A DNA stretch of 64,000 bases from Thainema sp. Lineage in GTDB: Bacteria > Cyanobacteriota > Cyanobacteriia > Phormidesmidales > Phormidesmidaceae. Both the position numbers and the translations under genes were made by a program. The notes under the pieces are model-generated. The model did not search any database and had not been told where the DNA came from. It saw nothing but the letters and a program-made list of their open reading frames with translations. Positions 8,871 to 18,399 of the stretch are shown piece by piece. Numbering within the stretch: the first letter of the stretch is position 1; every line of letters begins with the position of its first letter. The DNA is taken from contig JBQLZK010000011.1 in the NCBI GenBank assembly GCA_052168235.1, forward strand, positions 1 to 64,000, in the 5' to 3' direction.

Positions 8871-11573
8871 GTGGAGAAAGGTGTAATGAATGTATTGGCA
8901 AGGCAGCATCGGTTCAGTCGTCAGCAGTGCTCTAGCAGTCTAGTGGTATGCCTAGCAGGATTTTTGCTTTTGAGTAGTTCACCGAGTTGGGCTATCGAAG
9001 AATCAGAACGGGAGATCGCAGACGCGCAGATTGAGGCGACGCAGGATATCGCAATAAGTGCAGAAGGTGTCACCAACATTTCTGCTGCTTCAACGCTGCT
9101 ATCTGAGTTTGAACAGCCTGCTACCACGGTGGAAGGCTGGATGACTCAAATTGCACAGTCCCAGGTGACGATTACGGGCGTACGGGTGGATGAAACTGAA
9201 GCGGGCGTGCAAATCGTATTGGAAACGACGGGGGTCGAGCTGCCTGTTCCCACTATTCAGACGGTTGGGAATGCGCTGACTGCCCAGATTCCGAATGCGA
9301 CACTGGAATTACCAGAGGGCGAGTCGTTTGAGCAGTTCGGCCCTGCTGAAGGAATTGCGCTGCTAAGCGTGATGAACCTGCCAGATGGTGGCGTTAGGGT
9401 CTCGATCACGGGAACTGATGCGCCGCCGCAGGCTCAAGTGAGTACAGAAGCGGGAAATCTGGTGTTGAGCGTGGACCCGGGAGTGGCCACGGCGACAGAC
9501 ACCGATGAAGAGGCGATTCAGGTAGTGGTGACAGCCACTCGAACCGAGGAAGAGATTCAGGATATCCCGCGATCGGTAACGGTGCTCGACCGCAAGGATA
9601 TTGAGCAGCAAGCCGCGCTCAGCACTGATTTTCGCGATATTTTAGGCAATTTGGTACCGGGATTCGGGCCACCGACTAGCGTAGCCACTCCCCGCTCAAT
9701 TATTCAGAACCTGCGCGGACGCAGCACCACCATTCTGCTCAATGGATTGCCGCTAACCTCGAATTACGGCTTGGATCGGGAGTTACGCGCTCTTGATCCA
9801 AGCATTGTGGAACAGGTGGAGGTGGTGCGGGGGCCAACGGCTGTCTACGGGAGCCAGGCAACTGGCGGGGTGATCAACTTCATTACCCGATCTCCGGCAG
9901 ATGTGCCGTTGCTGACCACTGTTGCGGCTGACATTGAGGGCGACTTTGCTAACCTAAGCGATAGCTTTGGCTACGGTCTCCAGCTTGGGGTTTCTGGCAA
10001 CAGTGGTGACGTGGACTATGTGGCATCTTTACGGCGGCAAGATACGGGAGCTGCGTTTGATGCTGAGGGCGATCGCATTCCAGAAACGAGCGGTGGCGGT
10101 GTGATTGATGCTGAGTCTTACGCATTTTTGGGGGCAATCGGCTATCGTTTTGCCCCCAACCAAGAGTTGCGATTGACCCTCAGCTACTACGATGCTCAGC
10201 AAAATACCGCCTTTTTGTCTGATCCAGCAGTGCAGCAGGAAGCCGGTATTCAAAAGGCTCGCACCCTGTTAGTTGATGTGGACACCGAGGGCACTGACCT
10301 GGCAGGCGATGAAAGTTTTTTGGTAGGCCTTAGCTATAGCCACGACGACCTTTGGGGTAGCCGTCTGCGGGGTAATCTTTACTATCGTGACTACACCTCT
10401 ATCGTTGGATTTAGCGACTTTCGGGGCGGCTTTTTCGATGTCATTGGTCGTCAGCGGGCTATGGGCGATAAGTGGGGCACCCAGGTGCAGGTGGAAACTC
10501 CCCTTTGGGATGAAGGGGCGGCGCAACTGCTGTGGGGTTTAGATTACGTGAACGAAAATAACCGGGCTCCCTTGGAGATTTTCGATCCGGTAGCCTTTGA
10601 CACCCGCAATACCCTACAAAAAGTGGAAGATCGCACCTTTGTTCCGCCCTACGACCTGTCGCAGTTGGGGCTGTTTGCCCAGTTACAGTGGGATGTCAGC
10701 GATCGCTGGCTGTTGAGCGGCGGCCTGCGCCATGAGCGTATTGGTCTGCGGGTAGACGACTACACCACGTTCTTTGGCGATGCCATTGCCGGAGGGAACC
10801 AAAACTTCGATGCCACCGTATTTAACATCGGCACCAGCTATAACCTCACTCCTGAACTCACGGCTTTTGCCAGCTTTGCCCAAGGTTTTTCCGTTCCCAC
10901 CTTTGGCGGTGTGCTGCGCAGCCCACCAGCCAACTTTGTCAGTGTTAGTGATGGCCTGCAGCTCACTGAACCCGTCAAGGTAAACAACTACGAAATGGGT
11001 CTGCGGGGTAGCTGGCCCACGGTACAAGCCTCTGTGGCTGCCTTTTACAACACTTCTGAGTTGGGAGAAGACTATACCTTTGAGGGAGGAATCTCCCAAC
11101 TGGTCCGGGCTCCCCAGCAGATCTATGGGGTTGAAGCCACGCTAGATTGGCAACCGGCTGATACTTGGAGTTTAGGGGGCACCTTGAGCTGGGTCGAAGG
11201 GGACAGTGATGAAAATGATGACGGCAGTTTCCAGCCCATCTCCACGTTTAATATTCAGCCCCTAAAGCTCACGGCTTACCTAGAGAATGAAACTCTGCCG
11301 GGTTGGCGTAATCGGATTCAGGCGCTTTATTCCGGCAATCGCGATCGCGCATTTGATGCGGGTATCGATGCCGTCGGCATCAATGACTATTTTGTGGTTG
11401 ATTTCATCAGTCAGGCTGATCTTGGCCCCGGCACACTCCAGGTGGGTATCCAAAACCTGTTCAATAGCCAGTATTTTCCAGCACAGTCCCAGTTTCTGAG
11501 CGGCTTCAACGAAATTTTCAACGCCGCCGGAGAGGGTCGCACCTTCCGGATTGGTTACAGTATGCAGTTTTAA
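8871..11573 (+). CDS. TonB-dependent siderophore receptor #2 with AMIN domain (IutA/SchT-like)
   Basis: VVVTATRTEE..IPRSVTV, NLRGR, EVVRGPTAVYG..ATGGVIN, C-terminal GYSMQF. Confidence 0.92.
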   Translation: MEKGVMNVLARQHRFSRQQCSSSLVVCLAGFLLLSSSPSWAIEESEREIADAQIEATQDIAISAEGVTNISAASTLLSEFEQPATTVEGWMTQIAQSQVTITGVRVDETEAGVQIVLETTGVELPVPTIQTVGNALTAQIPNATLELPEGESFEQFGPAEGIALLSVMNLPDGGVRVSITGTDAPPQAQVSTEAGNLVLSVDPGVATATDTDEEAIQVVVTATRTEEEIQDIPRSVTVLDRKDIEQQAALSTDFRDILGNLVPGFGPPTSVATPRSIIQNLRGRSTTILLNGLPLTSNYGLDRELRALDPSIVEQVEVVRGPTAVYGSQATGGVINFITRSPADVPLLTTVAADIEGDFANLSDSFGYGLQLGVSGNSGDVDYVASLRRQDTGAAFDAEGDRIPETSGGGVIDAESYAFLGAIGYRFAPNQELRLTLSYYDAQQNTAFLSDPAVQQEAGIQKARTLLVDVDTEGTDLAGDESFLVGLSYSHDDLWGSRLRGNLYYRDYTSIVGFSDFRGGFFDVIGRQRAMGDKWGTQVQVETPLWDEGAAQLLWGLDYVNENNRAPLEIFDPVAFDTRNTLQKVEDRTFVPPYDLSQLGLFAQLQWDVSDRWLLSGGLRHERIGLRVDDYTTFFGDAIAGGNQNFDATVFNIGTSYNLTPELTAFASFAQGFSVPTFGGVLRSPPANFVSVSDGLQLTEPVKVNNYEMGLRGSWPTVQASVAAFYNTSELGEDYTFEGGISQLVRAPQQIYGVEATLDWQPADTWSLGGTLSWVEGDSDENDDGSFQPISTFNIQPLKLTAYLENETLPGWRNRIQALYSGNRDRAFDAGIDAVGINDYFVVDFISQADLGPGTLQVGIQNLFNSQYFPAQSQFLSGFNEIFNAAGEGRTFRIGYSMQF

Positions 11574-11581
11574 GCACCATC

Positions 11582-12550
11582 ATGATATTTTCTCATTGGT
11601 CCACATGGCTCCCGTTGGTGAGTCTGCTCCTGTTCACCGCCTGTCGATCTACCCAGACCACAAACCAGACAACAAATACACCGGAGCCATCTCCAGTCAC
11701 AGCTATTACACTGACCGATGCATCAGGCACTGCCATCACGCTTCCCCGTGCAGCAGAGCGGATTGTCTGCCTGCATCTGAGCTGCATTGACATTCTGGCC
11801 GAGCTGGGGATAGTACCGCTGGCGGTGGGGCATCCCCGACTGGCAGACTGGGCCAAAAGCCCGATTTACTTTGGCGAGGCCGCCAATCAGATCGCTGTTG
11901 TCGGTGGCCCAGAGCCTAACCTGGAGCGGTTACTGGCCCTGCAACCCGATGTGGTGATTGGCTATCGGGGCCAGATAGATGGCCTGCGAGAAACCCTCGC
12001 GCCGATCGCGCCGCTGGTGCTGTTGGAGGTGAATACCGTTGAGCAGGCCATCTCTAATCTGCGTCAGTTGGGGCAATTAACCAATCGCTCCGAAACTGCG
12101 GAAACCGCTATCCAGGCCTTCCAAGATCGCTTGGCTGACTACCAGACCCAAGCGCGCCCCGATCAAACCGTTCTAGTCACTAACAGCATCCAGGATACGT
12201 TCTACGTTGCCACCCGCGAATCGTTGGTGGGGGCTACCCTGGTTGAACTAGTGGATTACCCCTGGTCGCTGGGCGATCGCAACCCTAGCGCCATCAACTG
12301 GGCGGTGTTTTCCACCGAAATTATTCTCCAGGTGAACCCAGAAGTGGTGTTTGTGCTGGTGGATCGCCCCCAGGGTCTTGACTCGCTGACTCAAGATCCG
12401 GTCTGGAGCAAGCTGCGAGCGGTGCAGCAGGGGCGAGTCTACGAACTTCCCGATGCCAAAGTGGGTGGGCTGACGACTGGTACACGCTCGCTCAACCACC
12501 TGCTCAATGCCATCATGACTCGCCTTAACGCCATTCAGCCTATCAATTGA
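11582..12550 (+). CDS. Iron-siderophore ABC periplasmic binding lipoprotein
   Basis: Lipobox FTAC, ERIVCL, PNLERLLALQPDVVIG, WSKLRAVQQGRVY. Confidence 0.9.
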   Translation: MIFSHWSTWLPLVSLLLFTACRSTQTTNQTTNTPEPSPVTAITLTDASGTAITLPRAAERIVCLHLSCIDILAELGIVPLAVGHPRLADWAKSPIYFGEAANQIAVVGGPEPNLERLLALQPDVVIGYRGQIDGLRETLAPIAPLVLLEVNTVEQAISNLRQLGQLTNRSETAETAIQAFQDRLADYQTQARPDQTVLVTNSIQDTFYVATRESLVGATLVELVDYPWSLGDRNPSAINWAVFSTEIILQVNPEVVFVLVDRPQGLDSLTQDPVWSKLRAVQQGRVYELPDAKVGGLTTGTRSLNHLLNAIMTRLNAIQPIN

Positions 12551-12710
12551 GAATATCTCCTAATTGACGTACAATCTTGAGGCCGCGGCTAAAAGCAATC
12601 CTTTTACTCTGAACGAGTGAGCTAACTATCTATAGTCAAGATAATCAAGACTCACAAGATTTACAGGGATGGCTTTGCAGGTTTTGATGTAGCCCACAGT
12701 TGACTCAATC

Positions 12711-13673
12711 ATGACGATTACCTTATCCCAAGCGGATTACTGGAATTTATTGCGGGAGTCTGCGTCTGATTGTCTAGACGGAGATGACTCAGACTTGATC
12801 TGCCCATTTCCCTCCGCCTTGGGGCAAGGATTTTGCCGTGAACTGTCGCTACGGGAAGGATTAGAGCTAGCAATTGAAGAGGCTTGTCTGAAAGATGATG
12901 TGGTTGTACATCATTGCGATCGCAGTCATCCTTTGGAATACACCTTTGAGCAAATTCAGACAGCGGGCAAAAGCGAGCAGCGCTATAGCTTGTACGGCAG
13001 CGGTCTGGCACCGGGCGAATCCTGGCGTGTTCCTGGTAAACAGCATATTACCCGCGTCAATGTTCATATCGAACCCGAGCAGTTTCAGAATTGGCTCGGT
13101 GGCGATAGGGAATTACCTCAAGCCGTACAGCCTTTGCTGCGATCGCAAAATGAAGAATACTATCAGGGTTCTGGAACACCCACAGCAGCCATGCAGATGA
13201 CGGTGCAGCAGATTCTGAGCTGTCCGTTTCAGGGGCTTACCCGACAGCTTTATTTAGAAAGTAAGGTTTGGGAGCTAATGGCCTTGCTGATCAACGAGTT
13301 GCAGACCTCTGCTAGTGCCGCATCTGCGCCAAAAGTTTTGCGATCTGATGATGTGGAGCGGATTCACTACGCCAGCCAAATCCTGCGTCAGCGGTTGCTG
13401 AATCCGCCCTCCTTGATTGAACTTGCGCGAGCCACTGGCATTAACGATCACAAGCTAAAAGTTGGTTTCCACCAAGTCTTTGGCACAACCGTTTTTGGCT
13501 ATCTGCACGAGCGACGCATGGAGCGATCGCGCCAATTGTTAGAGTCAGGAGACGTTAACGTCACCCAGGCTGCCCATGCCGTCGGTTTCGCGAATCGAGG
13601 CCATTTTGCCGCTGCTTTTCGCCGTAAGTATGGGGTGAATCCGGGGATTTATTTGCGTCAGAAGAGGGCGTAG
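12711..13673 (+). CDS. AraC-family regulator, PchR-like (#3)
   Basis: YLESKVWEL, PPSLIELARATGINDHKLKVGFHQVFGTTVFGY. Confidence 0.92.
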   Translation: MTITLSQADYWNLLRESASDCLDGDDSDLICPFPSALGQGFCRELSLREGLELAIEEACLKDDVVVHHCDRSHPLEYTFEQIQTAGKSEQRYSLYGSGLAPGESWRVPGKQHITRVNVHIEPEQFQNWLGGDRELPQAVQPLLRSQNEEYYQGSGTPTAAMQMTVQQILSCPFQGLTRQLYLESKVWELMALLINELQTSASAASAPKVLRSDDVERIHYASQILRQRLLNPPSLIELARATGINDHKLKVGFHQVFGTTVFGYLHERRMERSRQLLESGDVNVTQAAHAVGFANRGHFAAAFRRKYGVNPGIYLRQKRA

Positions 13674-13773
13674 AGGGGTGGATGGGTGGATGGGTGAATG
13701 AGTGGGAGAGTAGGAGCGCAGGGGTGCCTGCGGCCTTATTACCCATCTACTCATCTACCCATCCACCCTCCTC
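13674..13773. repeat. Empty inverted-repeat element with (GGGTGGAT)n arms
   Basis: GGGGTGGATGGGTGGATGGGTGAATGAGT ... ACCCATCTACTCATCTACCCATCCACCC. Confidence 0.8.
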
Positions 13774-13928
13774 CAAAACTCCGGGTTGCGATCGCAAAAA
13801 CTCCGTCTACTGATCGTTAACAGTAGGAATGGGTCACCTAATCCAGTATCTTCTTGAGAAGTGTTCTTAATTAGATGAAATCGGCATCGGTTTAAGAATC
13901 GGTTGCTCAAGTGGAAATGTGTGGTGTG

Positions 13929-16418
13929 ATGCTTATTCAATTACGACGACTGATTTGCTTGGCTAGTATTTTAGCGGCTGTTCCGGCTGGCTTGGTGAGG
14001 GCTGAAATCCCTCTACTGTCGGCTACAGATCGATCCGTTAGCACGCAGGCTAGCGATCTAAATCTGGCTCAAGCGCTGGTCGAGATTACGGATATTCAAG
14101 TGGAAACAGGCGCAGCTGGAGTGCGGCTCGTCCTGGAGACAAACGGTACGTTGACGGAACCCGTCACCTCTACGACTGGGAACGCTCTGATTCTTGAATT
14201 TACCGATGCTGTACTGGCTTTGCCGGATGCTGCAACGGCTGAGGTAGCCAGTCCAGTGGACGGAATTGCCTTCATTTCGCTCACAGAGCTGGATGGCAAC
14301 TCGGTACGGATTGCCATTACTGGTTCAGAGGGCGTCCCCGTAGCGCAAGTTGACACCACAGAAACGACAGCAACATTGGCGATTGAGCCAAGAGTGGCCC
14401 AGGCTCAGGGAGAAGACGGTTTACTGCGAATTGCGGTGACGGGTGAAGATGACGAAGACTACGACCCGTCTGCGGCTTCAACGGCAACGGGTACCGATAC
14501 GCCGCTGCGCGACATTCCCCAGTCGATTCAGGTGATTCCGGAAGCCGTGATTGAAGATCGCAATGCGCTGGAGCTAGGTGATGCGCTGGAAACCGCTGGT
14601 GGTGTGGTTTCACGGGGTGGACGAGGCACGAGCGTATTTGGCCCTGGCTTTCTGATTCGAGGCTTTCCGGTTGAGGAAGGTGTATTTCGCGACGGGATTG
14701 AAACGTTTTCTCTCGCGCCCTTGGATACGAATGATGCTGAGCGGATTGAGATCCTAAAAGGGCCAGCATCTGTCCTGTTTGGCCAAGGCGACCCGGGCGG
14801 CATTATCAATCTAGTGTCTGAACAGCCCTTGAGTGTGCCTCGCTATGAAGTTGCAGCGACGGTGGGCAACTACAGCACCTATCGGGGAGATATCGATCTG
14901 ACAGGGCCACTGACCGATGATCAGGCTGTTCGGTATCGTCTCAACTTGAGCTACGAAAACTTCGGCAGCTTCCGGGATTTTGTCGATGGTGAAGGCTTAT
15001 TTATTTCACCTGCGATCGCATGGGACATCGGCCCCAATACCACTCTCAACATCTACGGACAGTACGCCTACAATCGTGAAACCATTGACGATGGCATCCC
15101 CTTCACAGCAGATGGCCCAGTCGATGTGCCTCGCGATCGCTTTATTGGCGAAGACTTTAGCGAGTTCTCCCAAGACCAGTTCAGCATTGGCTATCAGCTT
15201 AATCATGATTTCGATGATTCCTTTGAGCTGCGCCACGCCTTGCAATATTTGCAGTATAGTCCTGAGCGCTATGCCCCGCTGTATAACTTCTTTGATGAGA
15301 CAACGGGGGATGTTGAGCGGCTGGCTTACTTTGCGGGAGGTCAGTATCAGCGTTTCTTTACAAACCTAGAAGCCGTTGGGCGGTTCAATACTGGTTCGAT
15401 TGAGCACCAGGTTTTAGCGGGAATTGAGTATCGCAACGTGCTGGAAGAACCGGAGTTTCAGTTCAGCGACTTGTACACGACGATCAATATTTTCGATCCC
15501 GTTTATACTGGAATTCCCTACCCCATTGAGCCAGAGTTTTTCCGGGATGATACGATTCGCACCGTTGGCGTTTACATCCAAGATCAAATTGAGCTATTGC
15601 CGAATCTAAAAGTGCTGGCTGGATTGCGCTACGATTCTGTCGATCAGTTCCGCACCACGCAAGATATTGGGGAAGCACGGGAGGAGTTTTCTCAAGTTGA
15701 CAGTGCCCTTTCACCCCGCGTCGGTGTTGTCTTTCAACCCGTTGAACCGATTTCGCTGTATGCCTCCTACACTGAATCCTTTGAACCCAGCTTCGGCGCG
15801 AGTCGAAACGGCGATGGCTCCGTCTTTGAACCGGAAACGGGACGGCAGTATGAAGTCGGTATCAAAGCCGATTTGACGGATCAGCTCAGCTTGACCTTTG
15901 CCGCCTTTGATATTCGTAAGCAGAATGTCGTCGTTCAAGATCCCAACAATCCGCTCTTGTCGATTCAGACTGGGGAAGTCACCAGTCGCGGCCTGGAACT
16001 GAACTTGGGGGGTGAAATCCTGCCCGGTTGGAACATTACGACTGCCTACACCCTACTCGATGCCTATGTCAGCCAGGACACCTCGGATATTGAAGGCAAT
16101 CAACTGGCGAATGTACCCGACAATCAGTTCAGCCTGTGGACAACTTATGAAATTCAAGACGGCGATCTAGAAGGTTTAGGATTTGGCCTCGGTTTCTTTT
16201 ACCTCAGCGATCGCCCCGGCACCTTGGATAATAGCTTCACCTTGCCGAGCTACTTCCGCACCGATGCTGCTCTGTTCTACGAACGAGACAACTGGCGTGC
16301 TCAGGTTAACTTTGAAAACCTGTTCGACATTGAATATTTCACGTCATCGGACGAGTTCCAATTTGCCAATCCGGGTGCTCCGTTTACGGTGACGGCAAAG
16401 GTGGCGGTGGAGTTTTAA
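13929..16418 (+). CDS. TonB-dependent siderophore receptor #3 with AMIN domain (FhuA-like)
   Basis: TATGTDTPLRDIPQSIQVIP, EILKGPASVLFG, NFENLFDIEY, C-terminal VAVEF; alternative start 13911. Confidence 0.92.
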   Translation: MLIQLRRLICLASILAAVPAGLVRAEIPLLSATDRSVSTQASDLNLAQALVEITDIQVETGAAGVRLVLETNGTLTEPVTSTTGNALILEFTDAVLALPDAATAEVASPVDGIAFISLTELDGNSVRIAITGSEGVPVAQVDTTETTATLAIEPRVAQAQGEDGLLRIAVTGEDDEDYDPSAASTATGTDTPLRDIPQSIQVIPEAVIEDRNALELGDALETAGGVVSRGGRGTSVFGPGFLIRGFPVEEGVFRDGIETFSLAPLDTNDAERIEILKGPASVLFGQGDPGGIINLVSEQPLSVPRYEVAATVGNYSTYRGDIDLTGPLTDDQAVRYRLNLSYENFGSFRDFVDGEGLFISPAIAWDIGPNTTLNIYGQYAYNRETIDDGIPFTADGPVDVPRDRFIGEDFSEFSQDQFSIGYQLNHDFDDSFELRHALQYLQYSPERYAPLYNFFDETTGDVERLAYFAGGQYQRFFTNLEAVGRFNTGSIEHQVLAGIEYRNVLEEPEFQFSDLYTTINIFDPVYTGIPYPIEPEFFRDDTIRTVGVYIQDQIELLPNLKVLAGLRYDSVDQFRTTQDIGEAREEFSQVDSALSPRVGVVFQPVEPISLYASYTESFEPSFGASRNGDGSVFEPETGRQYEVGIKADLTDQLSLTFAAFDIRKQNVVVQDPNNPLLSIQTGEVTSRGLELNLGGEILPGWNITTAYTLLDAYVSQDTSDIEGNQLANVPDNQFSLWTTYEIQDGDLEGLGFGLGFFYLSDRPGTLDNSFTLPSYFRTDAALFYERDNWRAQVNFENLFDIEYFTSSDEFQFANPGAPFTVTAKVAVEF

Positions 16419-16915
16419 TGGGTAGATGGGTGGATGGGTGGGGGAGGTTAGTTGATTTGCCAGTGGGGGGCGGTTTTGATCATGGTTACAAGTTGACCTA
16501 GAACTTGATCGTAGCGGCGGTAGAGTGATCTGCCGATTTCAGGATCAAGGTACTGGCATTTGACGGCAAATTCTATCCAGATTTGGGTTTCTGTGGCTTC
16601 TGCTTGACAATCGCTAATCTTGGCGATGAATGCGGCTTGGTACCTGCGCTTTCGCCAAGCCTCACCTAAGTTGGCGCAAACGGATCTTGATGATCTTCGA
16701 ATTTGATCAGTTAGAGAGTAACGCTCCTCAACTGGAAATTGCTTAGAAACCTCGAAAATCTCCATCGCCGTATCAAAGGCCAACTGATAAACCTCCAATC
16801 TCGATATCTCTTTACCAGCACCTTTCCCATCATTCCACCTCACTCACCTCTCCTAATCATTCCCACCCATCCACCCATCACTCATCCACCCATCTACCCT
16901 CCTACTCACCCACTT
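16418..16915. mobile_element. Putative insertion element: four-helix-bundle gene between inverted (GGGTGGAT)n arms
   Basis: Left arm ATGGGTAGATGGGTGGATGGGTGGG; right arm CCCACCCATCCACCCATC..CATCCACCCATCTACCC; interrupts TBDR-PBP operon. Confidence 0.5.
16448..16833 (-). pseudogene. Four-helix-bundle protein (23S rRNA IVP/Avd-like family), apparently with a 1-bp deletion near the 5' end
   Basis: LEVYQLA, FPVEERYSLTDQIRRSSRSVCANLGEAWRKRRY, EATETQIW; RBS GAGGTGG + ATG gives MGKVLVKRYRD, out of frame with the body near 16797; GTG 16843 is in frame. Confidence 0.8.
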
Positions 16916-16936
16916 TCTAAACAAGGGGCTAAAACA

Positions 16937-17947
16937 TTGAACTTACGGTCATCAAGACATTGGTTTATCCGATTGGGATTGCTGCTGCTGACGCTGGGGT
17001 TGGTGGTGGGTTGTCAGCGATCGCCTCAAACGGCGGTGTCGGTAGATGCAAACGACTGCACAGTTATTGAGCATGTGGCGGGAACGGCTTGTGTGCCGAA
17101 TGAAATTCAGCGGTTGGTGACGCTGGATGGGGTGACGTTTGAATATGCGATCGCAGCTGGCCTTTCTCCGATTGCGACGGCGGCAGGTGGCCTGATGGAT
17201 CACATGGCGGAGCAAATGGCGCAAGTTCAAAATGTGGGTCAGTCCGGTGAACCGAATTTGGAACAGGTGCTGACGCTCAAGCCTGATCTGATCTTGGGTC
17301 TGGACTACAACCAAGGGGCTTATACTCAGGCCAGCCAGATTGCGCCAACGCTGCTGTTTGGGTTTGAGCACAGTGGCCAGTGGAAAGAGGTCTTCCAAAC
17401 CGTGGCGACAAACCTAGGTCAATCGGCGGCAGCCGAACAAACGATGGCCGCTTACGCTGCTCGCACAGCCGAGTTTAAGGCACAAATGGGCGTTGGCGCA
17501 GCCTCTCCAGAGGAGAATCGCCTGAATGACCTCCAGGTGTCGGTCGTGCGGATCTATCCTGATACGATCAACCTCTATCTGCGCGATTCCTTTGTTGGCA
17601 CGGTGTTGCAGGATGCAGGGTTGTCCCGTCCACCAGCCCAGGATATTGGAGCAGAAGAGGCTAACGCCCGCTTTGGTAACCCGATTCAAACCAGCATCAG
17701 CCGAGAACTGCTGGAACAGGCTGATGGTGATGTGATCTTCCTTTGGACGGGCGAAAATACAGTCGAAGCAGCAGAGACGGCTCAGAAAAATTTGCAGGCA
17801 TTACAGGACGATCCGCTCTGGCAGCAGCTTGAGGCCGTCCAGCAGGGCCGAGTTTACCAGGTGCCGAGCTACTGGATTGGCAGTGGCCCGATCGCGGCCA
17901 ATGCGGTGTTGGATGATCTGTTCAAGTACCTTGTAGAGGAGGGTTAA
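16937..17947 (+). CDS. Iron-siderophore ABC periplasmic binding lipoprotein
   Basis: TTG start after AAGGGG; lipobox VVGC; PNLEQVLTLKPDLILG; WQQLEAVQQGRVY. Confidence 0.9.
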   Translation: MNLRSSRHWFIRLGLLLLTLGLVVGCQRSPQTAVSVDANDCTVIEHVAGTACVPNEIQRLVTLDGVTFEYAIAAGLSPIATAAGGLMDHMAEQMAQVQNVGQSGEPNLEQVLTLKPDLILGLDYNQGAYTQASQIAPTLLFGFEHSGQWKEVFQTVATNLGQSAAAEQTMAAYAARTAEFKAQMGVGAASPEENRLNDLQVSVVRIYPDTINLYLRDSFVGTVLQDAGLSRPPAQDIGAEEANARFGNPIQTSISRELLEQADGDVIFLWTGENTVEAAETAQKNLQALQDDPLWQQLEAVQQGRVYQVPSYWIGSGPIAANAVLDDLFKYLVEEG

Positions 17948-17951
17948 TCCG

Positions 17952-18326
17952 ATGGTAAACCATGTTCTAGTTGTCTGCGAAGCCTGCGGTGCAAGCAACG
18001 AGCAAGAAGGCTCAACTCAAGAGACGGACGGTATTCGCTTGCTCCATCAGCTCAAGGAACTGCATGAACAGTGGCCTCGCAAAGATGAGCTGGCGATCGA
18101 GACAACCACCTGTTTGTGTATTTGTGAGCGGCCATGTGCGATCGCATATGTCGGCACTGGCAAACCTACGTTTCTCTTTGGCGATCTAGATCCTGCGACC
18201 TGTGCCGCTGATCTGCTCACCGCTAGCGAACTCTACCTGGACAGCGAAGACGGCATGGTGCCTGCTTTCAAGCTACCTAGCAGACTCCGTCCGTGCCGCA
18301 TTGCCCGGATTCCTCCAGCTCCTTAA
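17952..18326 (+). CDS. DUF1636-family Cys-rich metal-binding protein
   Basis: VCEAC, CLCICERPCAIA, KPTFLFGDL, ARIPP. Confidence 0.8.
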   Translation: MVNHVLVVCEACGASNEQEGSTQETDGIRLLHQLKELHEQWPRKDELAIETTTCLCICERPCAIAYVGTGKPTFLFGDLDPATCAADLLTASELYLDSEDGMVPAFKLPSRLRPCRIARIPPAP

Positions 18327-18399
18327 TCCAATCATTCCCTTCTCACTTACCCATCCACTCATCCACCCATCTACCCTCTTACCCCTTTCCCCTCCACCC

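Noticed and set aside
16448..16843. Diversity-generating retroelement suggested by the Avd-like gene
   Set aside because: No reverse transcriptase and no template/variable repeat pair seen in the window.
16739..16936. Long N-terminal extensions of the ORFs at 16739, 18202, 25069 and 59475
   Set aside because: They translate repeats or overlapping genes; better starts are 16937, 18400, 25243 and 59652.
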